From Aestuariivirga sp. (GTDB lineage: Bacteria; Pseudomonadota; Alphaproteobacteria; Rhizobiales; Aestuariivirgaceae): a stretch of DNA of 64,000 nucleotides. Shown piece by piece: positions 1 to 7,913 of this stretch. The DNA lies in NCBI GenBank assembly GCA_030680855.1, contig JAUXUN010000084.1, positions 54,079 through 118,078 on the forward strand, in the 5' to 3' direction. The notes under the pieces are model-generated. The model ran no database searches. It was not told where the DNA came from and saw nothing but the letters and a program-made list of their open reading frames with translations. The position numbers and the translations under genes were made by a program. Within the stretch, counting starts at the first letter, position 1; the number at the start of each line of letters is the position of its first letter.

Positions 1-30
1 CCTCGCTGAATTCCTTCAAAAACCTCACGA

Positions 31-59
31 TTGACTTTTGTAAGCAATATGCTTACACT
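31..59 (+). promoter_or_regulatory. sigma70 promoter of higBA-1 with overlapping palindromic operator
   Basis: TTGACT (31-36), 17-bp spacer, TACACT (54-59). A perfect inverted repeat TGTAAGCA-ATA-TGCTTACA (39-57) fills the spacer, the typical position for antitoxin autorepression. Confidence 0.8.
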
Positions 60-64
60 AGCTT

Positions 65-343
65 GTGATTGTTAGCTTCAGGAACAAGGCTTTGGCTGAT
101 TTGTGGTCATCGGGGCGCAGCGCCAAGATTGACAAACGGCTCCACGGCAGGATTTTGCTCAGGCTCGACCGGCTGGATGCCTGTTCCGGTCCGGAGGAGA
201 TGAATTTGCCGGGATTTGATTTCCATGCCTTGCGTGGGTTTGATCCCGTCCGTTACACGGTTCATGTGAATGGGCCATGGTGCCTTACGTTTGAATTCAT
301 CAAGGGCGATGCGCTTCGCATTGACCTAGAGCAGTATCATTAG
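65..343 (+). CDS. higB: HigB/RelE-family toxin (plasmid maintenance system killer type)
   Basis: 92 aa; MIVSFRNKAL..., LHALRG/RYTVHVNGPWCLTFEF...IDLEQYH motifs typical of HigB; upstream of an HTH antitoxin. Confidence 0.88.
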   Translation: MIVSFRNKALADLWSSGRSAKIDKRLHGRILLRLDRLDACSGPEEMNLPGFDFHALRGFDPVRYTVHVNGPWCLTFEFIKGDALRIDLEQYH

Positions 344-354
344 GAGTGAACGGC

Positions 355-666
355 ATGGCCGAACATGTTGCAAAGAGAAATCCTGCCCGCTGCCCCAGCC
401 ATCCCGGGGCGTTGCTTCGCGAGGTCGTCATTCCCTCCACGGGCCGCACCAAAGTGGAAATTGCCGCCCTGCTCGGCATTTCGCGCCAGCATCTTTATGA
501 CTTGTTGCGGGAAGCAAAACCCATTTCGCCGTCGGTGGCGGTGCGGCTTGGCAAGCTGTTTGGCGATGGGGCAGCGCCGTGGCTGCGCATGCAGGCTGCC
601 CATGACACGTGGCATGCGGAAAAAACAATCGACGTGAAATCAATCCCGACTATCCGGGCCGCGTAA
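355..666 (+). CDS. higA: HigA-family antitoxin (XRE HTH)
   Basis: HPGALLRE...A.LLGISRQHL..L...ISP.VAVRLGKLFG...WLRMQ pattern. ATG 355 follows AGGAG (342-346). Confidence 0.88.
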   Translation: MAEHVAKRNPARCPSHPGALLREVVIPSTGRTKVEIAALLGISRQHLYDLLREAKPISPSVAVRLGKLFGDGAAPWLRMQAAHDTWHAEKTIDVKSIPTIRAA

Positions 667-668
667 GG

Positions 669-1832
669 TCAGCTCCCGAACCCGTCCCAGAAGGCCTTGG
701 CCTTGGCGAAGAAGCCTTCGGATTCCGGCGAGTTATTGCGGGCCTCTTCGCTGAACTCCTTCAGGATCTCGCGCTGGCGGCGCGAGAGGTTGACCGGCGT
801 TTCAACATTCACCTGGATATACATGTCTCCGGCCTGGGCCGAGCGCAACACCGGCATGCCCTTGCCCTTCAGGCGGAACTGCTTGCCGGTTTGCGCGCCC
901 TCGGCAATGGTGACGCGGGCTTTCTTGCCATCAATGGTCGGCACTTCGATTTCACCGCCAAGGGTTGCCGCCGCCATGGAGATCGGCACCTTGCAGAAAA
1001 GATCAGCGCCATCCCTTTGGAAAAATTCATGGGGGCGCACGGTGAGGAAAATATAGAGATCGCCGGCGGGGCCGCCGCGCAAGCCCGCTTCTCCCTCATT
1101 GGCAAGCCTGATGCGGGTGCCATCTTCCACGCCTTGCGGAATGTTGACCGAGAGGTTGCGCTCCTTGGTGACGCGGCCCTGGCCGCCGCAGCTGCCGCAA
1201 GGATCGGAGATAACCTGCCCACGGCCCTGGCAGGTGGGGCAGGCGCGCTCCACCGTGAAGAAGCCGGATTGCGAACGTACCGCGCCCGCGCCCTTGCACG
1301 TCGTGCAGGTTTTGGGGCTGGTGCCGGGCTTGGCGCCGGAGCCCTTGCAGGTGTCGCAGGAGACCGAGGTCGGCACGCGGATTTGCGCTGTCTTGCCGGA
1401 ATAGGCCTCGGTCAGGGAAATTTCCATGTTGTAGCGGAGATCGGCGCCGCGCGCCGCGCCGCCGCCGCCCCGCCCGCGCTGGCTGGTGCGCTGGCCGCCA
1501 CCACCCATGAAATCACCGAACAGGTCTTCGAAAATATCCGACATGGAGGAATTGAATTCGGGGCCGAAGCCGGCGCCGCCGGGTCCGCGCCCGCCGCCCG
1601 CGCCATTTTCAAAGGCCCGGTGGCCGAAGCGGTCGTAGGCGGCCTTTTTCTGGGGGTCTTTCAGGATGTCATAGGCTTCGCTGATTTCCTTGAACTTGGC
1701 TTCAGCGGCCTTGTCGCCCGGATTGGCATCGGGATGGAATTTCTTGGCGTGATTGCGGTATGCGGCCTTGAGCGCCTTTTCGTCGGCTCCCTTTTGAAGC
1801 CCCAGGACTTCGTAAAAATCACGTTTGGCCAT
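669..1832 (-). CDS. dnaJ: Chaperone DnaJ
   Basis: J-domain with HPD, G/F-rich linker, four CxxCxGxG zinc-finger repeats. Confidence 0.98.
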   Translation of the reverse strand: MAKRDFYEVLGLQKGADEKALKAAYRNHAKKFHPDANPGDKAAEAKFKEISEAYDILKDPQKKAAYDRFGHRAFENGAGGGRGPGGAGFGPEFNSSMSDIFEDLFGDFMGGGGQRTSQRGRGGGGAARGADLRYNMEISLTEAYSGKTAQIRVPTSVSCDTCKGSGAKPGTSPKTCTTCKGAGAVRSQSGFFTVERACPTCQGRGQVISDPCGSCGGQGRVTKERNLSVNIPQGVEDGTRIRLANEGEAGLRGGPAGDLYIFLTVRPHEFFQRDGADLFCKVPISMAAATLGGEIEVPTIDGKKARVTIAEGAQTGKQFRLKGKGMPVLRSAQAGDMYIQVNVETPVNLSRRQREILKEFSEEARNNSPESEGFFAKAKAFWDGFGS

Positions 1833-1855
1833 TTATATCCACGCCCTCGAATCGG

Positions 1856-1888
1856 AAGGCCCCCCAACACGCACGAGCTGGGGGGCTT
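1856..1888. other. Intergenic stem-loop between dnaK and dnaJ
   Basis: AAGGCCCCCCA...TGGGGGGCTT inverted repeat; possible mRNA stabiliser or attenuator. Confidence 0.4.
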
Positions 1889-1896
1889 ATCTCTGT

Positions 1897-3816
1897 TTAG
1901 GACGTTTTTTTGTCGTCGTCACCGACTTCCGTGAAGTCGGCATCAACGATGTCGTCGCCGGCATCGTCCTTTTCCATGTTCGGCACTTCGCCGTCGGTGG
2001 ATGCGCCGCCGCCCTGCTGCTTGTACAGGGCCTCGCCCAATTTCATGGCCGCCTGGGCCAGGACGTTGGTTTTTTCCTTGATCACCTCGGCATCCTCGCC
2101 TTCAAGGGCCGACTTGAGATCAGCCACCGCCGCTTCAACAGCTTCCTTGTCGGCAGGTGCAATCTTGTCGCCGAGTTCAACCACGGATTTCTGCGTCGAG
2201 TGCATGAGGCTTTCGGCGTGGTTCTTGGCTTCCACCACGTCCTTGCGCTTCTTGTCCTCGGCGGCATTGGCTTCCGCCTCCTTCACCATTTTGTCGATCT
2301 CGCCTTCGGAGAGACCGCCGGAGGCCTGGATGCGGATCTGCTGTTCCTTGTTGGTGGCCTTGTCCTTGGCCGAGACATTCACAATGCCGTTGGCGTCGAT
2401 ATCGAAGGTCACTTCCACCTGGGGCACGCCGCGCGGCGCCGGGGGCAGGCCCATCAAATCGAACTGGCCCAGCATCTTGTTGTCGGCCGCCATTTCACGC
2501 TCGCCCTGGAAGACGCGGATGGTCACCGCCGTCTGATTGTCATCAGCGGTCGAGAACACCTGGCTCTTCTTGGTGGGGATCGTGGTGTTGCGGTCGATGA
2601 GGCGGGTAAACACGCCGCCCAGGGTTTCAATGCCCAGTGACAGGGGCGTTACGTCGAGAAGGAGAACATCCTTCACTTCGCCCTGCAGCACGCCTGCCTG
2701 AATGGCAGCACCGATGGCCACCACTTCGTCCGGGTTCACGCCCTTGTGGGGCTCCTTGCCGAAGAACTGCTTTACGACTTCGATCACCTTGGGCATGCGC
2801 GTCATGCCGCCCACCAGAACAACTTCCTTGATCTGGCCTGCGGTCACGCCCGCATCCTTCAGGGCCTGGCGGCAGGGCTCAACAGTCTTCTGGATGAGGT
2901 CATCCACAAGGGCCTCGAGCTTGGAGCGCGTCAGCTTCAGGGTGAGATGCTTCGGGCCGCTCGCATCCGCCGTGATGAAGGGCAGGTTGATTTCGGTCTG
3001 GGTTGCAGAGGACAGTTCGATCTTGGCTTTTTCAGCGGCTTCGCGCAGGCGCTGGAGGGCCAGCTTGTCCTTGCGCAGATCGATCGACTGCTCTTTCTTG
3101 AATTCATCGGCGAGGTAATCGACAATGCGCATGTCAAAGTCTTCACCGCCGAGGAAGGTATCGCCGTTGGTGGACTTCACTTCGAAGACGCCGTCGCCGA
3201 TTTCGAGAACCGACACGTCGAAGGTGCCGCCGCCCAAATCGTAAACCGCGATGAGGCCGGCTTCGGCCTTGTCGAGGCCATAGGCGAGGGCTGCGGCAGT
3301 GGGCTCGTTGATGATGCGCAGCACTTCAAGACCGGCGATCTTGCCTGCATCCTTGGTGGCCTGGCGCTGGCTGTCGTTGAAGTAGGCGGGAACCGTGATA
3401 ACGGCCTGAGTGACAGGTTCGCCCAAATAGCGCTCCGCCGTTTCCTTCATCTTGGTCAAGGTATAGGCCGAGATCTGCGAGGGGGCATATTTTTGCCCGC
3501 GGGATTCAACCCAGGCATCGCCATTGTCGGCCTTGACGATATTGTAGGGCACAAGCTTCTTGTCCTTGGCCACCATGGGATCTTCCATGCGGCGGCCAAT
3601 GAGGCGCTTGATTGCAAAGAACGTGTTTTCCGGGTTGGTTACGCCCTGCCGTTTGGCGGGCTGGCCGACGAGGGTTTCGCCTTCGGCGTTGAAAGCGACG
3701 ATAGAGGGCGTAGTGCGGGCCCCTTCCGCATTTTCGATTACCTTGGGGGTCTTGCCCTCCATGACGGCGACGCAAGAATTTGTCGTTCCAAGGTCAATAC
3801 CAATAACTTTAGCCAT
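1897..3816 (-). CDS. dnaK: Chaperone DnaK (Hsp70)
   Basis: [30 protein letters not shown] motifs. Start trimmed to ATG 3816, which follows a GAGGAG Shine-Dalgarno. Confidence 0.98.
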   Translation of the reverse strand: MAKVIGIDLGTTNSCVAVMEGKTPKVIENAEGARTTPSIVAFNAEGETLVGQPAKRQGVTNPENTFFAIKRLIGRRMEDPMVAKDKKLVPYNIVKADNGDAWVESRGQKYAPSQISAYTLTKMKETAERYLGEPVTQAVITVPAYFNDSQRQATKDAGKIAGLEVLRIINEPTAAALAYGLDKAEAGLIAVYDLGGGTFDVSVLEIGDGVFEVKSTNGDTFLGGEDFDMRIVDYLADEFKKEQSIDLRKDKLALQRLREAAEKAKIELSSATQTEINLPFITADASGPKHLTLKLTRSKLEALVDDLIQKTVEPCRQALKDAGVTAGQIKEVVLVGGMTRMPKVIEVVKQFFGKEPHKGVNPDEVVAIGAAIQAGVLQGEVKDVLLLDVTPLSLGIETLGGVFTRLIDRNTTIPTKKSQVFSTADDNQTAVTIRVFQGEREMAADNKMLGQFDLMGLPPAPRGVPQVEVTFDIDANGIVNVSAKDKATNKEQQIRIQASGGLSEGEIDKMVKEAEANAAEDKKRKDVVEAKNHAESLMHSTQKSVVELGDKIAPADKEAVEAAVADLKSALEGEDAEVIKEKTNVLAQAAMKLGEALYKQQGGGASTDGEVPNMEKDDAGDDIVDADFTEVGDDDKKTS

Positions 3817-3893
3817 GTTTTTCTCCTCTAGGCAGGCAGCATGCGAAAGCCCCATCAGGCGCTCACAGTCCCGCTGCCTCCTCTCTTGTCCGC

Positions 3894-3971
3894 ATATGGT
3901 TCGCCTTTTCCCTGATTCCAAGGGAAAAATCGTTCGGGCGGTATATAGTGGGATGTTTCTTTGGCAGCAAG
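3894..3971 (-). promoter_or_regulatory. Tandem RpoH (sigma32)-like promoters for dnaK-dnaJ
   Basis: Minus strand: CTTGCT-N16-ACTATAT (3971-3943) and CTTGGA-N16-ACCATAT (3922-3894), both close to the rhizobial RpoH consensus CTTGAA-N15/16-CCTATAT. Confidence 0.55.
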
Positions 3972-3995
3972 AGAATAGGCAGGCAGATTTACTCC

Positions 3996-4589
3996 ATGCG
4001 ATACCTCCCGGAATTCCTCGACCGCAGCGCCCAGGAGCAGATTTTACGGGATTTACGCGAAGCGGTAGCACGGGCCCCGCTGTTTACCCCGGTAATGCCC
4101 GGAACCGCCAAGCCGTTTTCGGTGCGGATGAGCAATATGGGGGTTTTGGGCTGGGTTTCCGACAAGGCGGGCTACCGCTATCAGGCCAGCCATCCGGAGC
4201 TTTTAACCCCGTGGCCAGGCATTCCTGAAAGCATTCTGGCGGTGTGGAACCGGGTTTCAAATTATCCCCATGCACCGGAAGCCTGCCTCGTTAATTTCTA
4301 TGGGGGCGAAGCCAAAATGGGGTTGCACCAGGACCGGGACGAAGAGGATTTTGAAGCCCCGGTGGTTTCCATTTCGCTGGGCGACACGGCCCTCTTCCGC
4401 TTGGGCGGCACGACGCGCGGCGGAAAGACGCAATCGCTGAAACTGGCGTCAGGCGATGTGCTGATCCTGGAAGGCCAATCACGCCTCGCCTTCCACGGCA
4501 TCGACCGGGTGATAGGCGGAAGCTCGACGCTGCTGAAAGACGGCGGCCGGATAAATCTTACGCTGCGGCGGGTGACGAAGTCTCTTTAG
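3996..4589 (+). CDS. alkB: AlkB-family alpha-ketoglutarate/Fe(II) dioxygenase
   Basis: CLVNFY, HQD...H...RINLTLR motifs. Start trimmed to ATG 3996. Confidence 0.9.
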   Translation: MRYLPEFLDRSAQEQILRDLREAVARAPLFTPVMPGTAKPFSVRMSNMGVLGWVSDKAGYRYQASHPELLTPWPGIPESILAVWNRVSNYPHAPEACLVNFYGGEAKMGLHQDRDEEDFEAPVVSISLGDTALFRLGGTTRGGKTQSLKLASGDVLILEGQSRLAFHGIDRVIGGSSTLLKDGGRINLTLRRVTKSL

Positions 4590-4611
4590 TTTTTAATTGA
4601 AGAACTTGTTG

Positions 4612-4746
4612 AAGAGGCCCTCATCCGCCCGTTGGGCACCTTCTCCCATGCGAAGACGCACGGGAGAAGGCGATAATCCCAAAAAGTTTTGCCTTCTCCC
4701 GTTCGAAGGATGGGAGAAGGTGGCCGAAGGCCGGATGAGGGCTCTT
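4612..4746. repeat. Gene-less composite palindromic element (RIME/REP-like)
   Basis: Outer inverted repeat AAGAGGCCCTCATCCG...CGGATGAGGGCTCTT; each half holds a CCTTCTCCC-loop-GGGAGAAGG hairpin. Lies between convergent alkB and grpE. Confidence 0.85.
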
Positions 4747-4768
4747 TGGTGCAGAATTCAAATGGTGA

Positions 4769-5332
4769 TTAGCCCTCGGCCTTCGCAACGCCAACCAGCG
4801 AAGGACGCAAGCAGCGCTCGCCCACGGCGTAGCCGGATTGCAGTTCCTGCATCACGGTGCCCGGCGGTTTTTCATTGGTGGGCACTTCGAACATGGCCTG
4901 GTGGAAATTGGGATCGAACTTCTGGCCCACCGCCTCAATGCGGCGGATGCCGTGGCGCTGGAACACGTTCAAGAGTTCGCGCTCGGTGACTTCGACGCCG
5001 GCGATCAAGTTCTTTTCAATTTCACCGGCACTGTCACGCTCGTCAGAGGGAAGGGCCTGCAGGGCGCGGCTCAAATTATCGGCCACGCTCAGAAGATCGC
5101 GGGCGAAGTTGGTGGCGGCATAAAGTGTCGCTTCGGCCTTCTCGCGCTCGGTGCGTTTGCGCAAATTCTCCATCTCGGCCGCCAAACGCAGGAGCCGGTC
5201 CTTGAGGGCTGCCGCCTCCTCCTTCAGGACGATGATTTCCTCATCGCGCTCATCAAGGGGGGCCGCCTCCATGGGCGATTCCATTTCGACGCCTTCCAGG
5301 CTTGGCTCTGACAGTGGTGTTTCGTCGTTCAT
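4769..5332 (-). CDS. grpE: Nucleotide exchange factor GrpE
   Basis: RLAAEMENLRKR, FDPNFHQAM, GY..GERCLRPSLVGV motifs; downstream of hrcA. Confidence 0.97.
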   Translation of the reverse strand: MNDETPLSEPSLEGVEMESPMEAAPLDERDEEIIVLKEEAAALKDRLLRLAAEMENLRKRTEREKAEATLYAATNFARDLLSVADNLSRALQALPSDERDSAGEIEKNLIAGVEVTERELLNVFQRHGIRRIEAVGQKFDPNFHQAMFEVPTNEKPPGTVMQELQSGYAVGERCLRPSLVGVAKAEG

Positions 5333-5364
5333 GGCATACTCAATTCATGTGCGGGATAACGGGC

Positions 5365-5393
5365 ATATCGGCCTGAACGGTCAAAAAATCAAG
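5365..5393 (-). promoter_or_regulatory. RpoH-like promoter of grpE overlapping the hrcA stop codon
   Basis: Minus strand: CTTGAT-N16-CCGATAT. Confidence 0.65.
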
Positions 5394-6480
5394 TGAGGAG
5401 ACGGCTCACGACCTTTGCGGTGTAATCCACCATTGGGATAATCCGGGCATAATTCATCCGGGTGGGCCCGATAATGCCCAAAACGCCGACAATTTTCTCA
5501 TCGCTGTTCTTGTAAGGAGCCACGATCAGGGAGGAGCCGGACATGGAAAACAGCTTGTTTTCCGAACCTATAAAGATGCGGACCCCTTCGCCGCCCTCGG
5601 CAGCGCCCAGGAGCTGGACCAATTCCTTTTTGTTTTCAATATCTTCGAAGAGTTTCCGGATTTTCTCCAGTTCCTCAAAGGCCTTGGTATTTTCGAGGAG
5701 ATTGGCCTGGCCCCGGACGATCAGGGTCTTGGAATCGGCATCGCTTTCGCCAGACCAGACGGCAATGCCGGTTTCGACGATCCTGGCGGAGACCTCGTCG
5801 AGCTCGCGGCGCAGGGTATCCATTTCCAGCTTCATGAACAGCTGGACCTCGGCAATGGTTTTGCCCTGGAAGCGGGTGGAGAGATAGTTGGAAGCCCGGG
5901 TGAAGGTGGACGGCGGCAGGCCGGGGGGCACATCGATGATGCGGTTTTCAACGGCGCCATCTTCGCCCACCAGAATGACCAGGGCGCGGCCCGGGGCCAG
6001 GTTCACAAATTCGATATGCTTGAGCCGGGCGTTCATTTTGGGCGACATCACCACCCCGGCGCAGTGCGAGAGCCCGGAGAGAAGCGTCGAGGCCTCGCCC
6101 AGCACATCTTCCAGGCGGCGCGGGCGGTTGGAGGCGGCAATCTCGGCGTCAATGCGGGCCCGCTCATCGGGGGTGACGGCGCCCACTTCCATCAGGGCAT
6201 CGACAAAAAACCTGAGGCCCGCCTCGGTGGGCACCCGGCCGGCGCTGGTATGGGGCGAATAGATGAGGCCTGAATCCTCAAGGTCCATCATCACATTGCG
6301 CACCGACGCTGAAGAAAGGCTCGCAGGCAGGATGCGCGAGATGGTGCGCGAGCCCACGGGTTCACCGGTCTCGAGATAGGTATCGACCAGCCGGCGGAAA
6401 ATATTGCGCGAGCGCTGGTCAAGATCAGCAAGGCCCGAGGGCCTGTCGTCCAACAGGGGGCGGGGCGGAATGATGCTCAT
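5389..6480 (-). CDS. hrcA: Heat-inducible transcription repressor HrcA
   Basis: YLETGEPVGSRT, SSASVRNVM.DLE..G....PHTSAGRVPT motifs. Start trimmed to ATG 6480. Confidence 0.97.
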   Translation of the reverse strand: MSIIPPRPLLDDRPSGLADLDQRSRNIFRRLVDTYLETGEPVGSRTISRILPASLSSASVRNVMMDLEDSGLIYSPHTSAGRVPTEAGLRFFVDALMEVGAVTPDERARIDAEIAASNRPRRLEDVLGEASTLLSGLSHCAGVVMSPKMNARLKHIEFVNLAPGRALVILVGEDGAVENRIIDVPPGLPPSTFTRASNYLSTRFQGKTIAEVQLFMKLEMDTLRRELDEVSARIVETGIAVWSGESDADSKTLIVRGQANLLENTKAFEELEKIRKLFEDIENKKELVQLLGAAEGGEGVRIFIGSENKLFSMSGSSLIVAPYKNSDEKIVGVLGIIGPTRMNYARIIPMVDYTAKVVSRLLT

Positions 6481-6487
6481 GGGGATA

Positions 6488-6516
6488 ATGTAGGGGGTGA
6501 TGGGGCGGGGGACAAT
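6488..6516 (-). promoter_or_regulatory. RpoH-like promoter of hrcA, probably leaderless
   Basis: Minus strand: ATTGTC-N16-CCTACAT, then 7 nt to the ATG; no Shine-Dalgarno visible. Confidence 0.5.
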
Positions 6517-6522
6517 GCTCAA

Positions 6523-6582
6523 CCTCGCCCCCATGAACATGGGGGAGAGGTGGCGCGGGCGAAGCCCGTGACGGAGAGGGGG
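6523..6582 (+). repeat. Left arm, cassette 1
   Basis: CCTCGCCCCCATGAACATGGGGGAGAGGTGGCGCGGGCGAAGCCCGTGACGGAGAGGGGG; reverse complement of 7110-7170 except in one loop. Confidence 0.95.
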
Positions 6583-6598
6583 TGATTGGAGCGAGGGG

Positions 6599-7048
6599 TT
6601 AGCCTCTAACGCTTTTTCCCGCGGCAAACACAAACCTCAAATCTGAAGCCGCAACATCTCCTGTTAACCGGCCATCAAGCGCTGCAAGAATCGTATCGGC
6701 CACGGCGTTCCGCTGCCGAAGCACATCTGCACTCCAGAATCTTATCACCGAATATCCTGCATTGCGCATGTAATCATCCCTCACCCGATCCCGCTTGCTG
6801 TCAACATGTTGACTGCCATCAACTTCAACAACCAAGTGTTGTTGACGGCAAAGAAAGTCTGCGAAATAGGGACCAACCGGAAATTGCCGCACGAACTTGT
6901 ATCCGCCAAGGCGCTTGGCCTTCAATTCGCTCCACATTGCGGCTTCGGCGTCATTGTCAGCTTGACGCAATGAGCGCGCCCGAGACGTTGCTCCCGGTTT
7001 TCGACGGGTGCGGGAAGGCCGCTCTAGTTTTGTCGGGGTTGGATCCAT
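6599..7048 (-). CDS. DUF559 / Vsr-like endonuclease-domain protein, copy 1
   Basis: AEAAMWSELK..RLGGYKFVRQFPVGPYFADF...LVVEVDGSQH...RD.Y....GY.VIRFW, the DUF559 pattern. Confidence 0.9.
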   Translation of the reverse strand: MDPTPTKLERPSRTRRKPGATSRARSLRQADNDAEAAMWSELKAKRLGGYKFVRQFPVGPYFADFLCRQQHLVVEVDGSQHVDSKRDRVRDDYMRNAGYSVIRFWSADVLRQRNAVADTILAALDGRLTGDVAASDLRFVFAAGKSVRG

Positions 7049-7109
7049 TCCACAAACTTAGCGAGGGAAAACAGCATTTGAATAGGCCGACTTTATGCCT
7101 TGGCCAAGT

Positions 7110-7170
7110 CCCCCTCTCCGTCACGGGCTTCGCCCGCGCCACCTCTCCCCCATTTGCATTGGGGGCGAGG
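7110..7170 (-). repeat. Right arm, cassette 1
   Basis: CCCCCTCTCCGTCACGGGCTTCGCCCGCGCCACCTCTCCCCCATTTGCATTGGGGGCGAGG. Confidence 0.95.
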
Positions 7171-7208
7171 CAAAGTTGGGTATTTCCCCTTTCAAGTAAT
7201 TGCTCGCC

Positions 7209-7823
7209 TCAAGCCGCAGGGCGCGTGACGGTCACGCGGATGGGCGTGGGGTTGTAACCGTTGCAAGGGTTATGCATTTGCGGGCAGTTGGAGAGCACGG
7301 CCAGCACATCGCGCTCGGCCCGGAGCGCCACATGGCTTCCGGGCTTGAGCGCGGCGGTTGCCACACCGGCGCTGCCGTCCGCAAGTACCGGAACGCTCAT
7401 GAACCAGTTCACATTGGGCACGATGGCCGAGGGGCCGAGACCGAAGCGCTGCAGGACCGTTTCGAAGTTCGAGTAGCAGGACTCCGTCGTGTGAACGCCG
7501 TAGCGCAGGAAGTTGTTGGGATTGCTGCAACAGCCATAGACGGTGTCGTGCCGGCCAACCGTATCTTCAATCACCGTCATGAGTGCTGCGCCGCTATCGG
7601 AATAAAGCACGCTGCCTGCGCTCACGAAGATGTTGCCCTGGACCTTCACCGTGTTGGTGGCGGAGTAGCGGTCCTGCAGATTTGCTCCGTCATAGCAGAG
7701 GAAATCAACGGCCTGCTGGCCTTCGAGGTCGATGATGGTGAGAATATCGTTCGCCGCAATGCGCGCACCCCAGGGTTTTCCAGCCGGAACAACTTCATCA
7801 AGAATGATCTTGGCCTGGCTCAT
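7209..7823 (-). CDS. DUF1989 urea/guanidine carboxylase-associated protein (CgdB-like)
   Basis: IIDLEGQQAVDF, GRHDT..GCCS, C..NF, NVNWFMSVPV, SNCPQMHNPCNGYNPTPI motifs. Confidence 0.88.
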   Translation of the reverse strand: MSQAKIILDEVVPAGKPWGARIAANDILTIIDLEGQQAVDFLCYDGANLQDRYSATNTVKVQGNIFVSAGSVLYSDSGAALMTVIEDTVGRHDTVYGCCSNPNNFLRYGVHTTESCYSNFETVLQRFGLGPSAIVPNVNWFMSVPVLADGSAGVATAALKPGSHVALRAERDVLAVLSNCPQMHNPCNGYNPTPIRVTVTRPAA

Positions 7824-7862
7824 CGCTCCTCTGGTCTCTCACAACGACGGAATGCCGGTTGG

Positions 7863-7890
7863 AAAAAGAGCGGCCCCGATGGAGCCGCTC
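7863..7890 (-). terminator. Stem-loop with U-tract downstream of dctP
   Basis: Minus strand: GAGCGGCTCCATCGGGGCCGCTC-TTTTT. Confidence 0.65.
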
Positions 7891-7913
7891 CCTGTAATTT
7901 AAACCTGCGCCCA

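Larger units (their letters stand above)
6521..7195 (-). mobile_element. DUF559 endonuclease cassette, copy 1
   Basis: ORF flanked by 60/61-bp inverted arms. Homology to copy 2 runs from the AA at 6521 to TTTCAA at 7195. Mobility is inferred, not shown. Confidence 0.7.

Noticed and set aside
3817-6520. CIRCE operator near hrcA, grpE or dnaK
   Set aside because: TTAGCACTC-N9-GAGTGCTAA was not found; in Alphaproteobacteria it is usually at groESL.
6481-6633. hrcA ORF extends 51 codons upstream through the left repeat arm, suggesting a translated palindromic element
   Set aside because: HrcA homology begins near Met at 6480 and an RpoH-like promoter sits inside the extension; an open frame is unsurprising in GC-rich repeat DNA.
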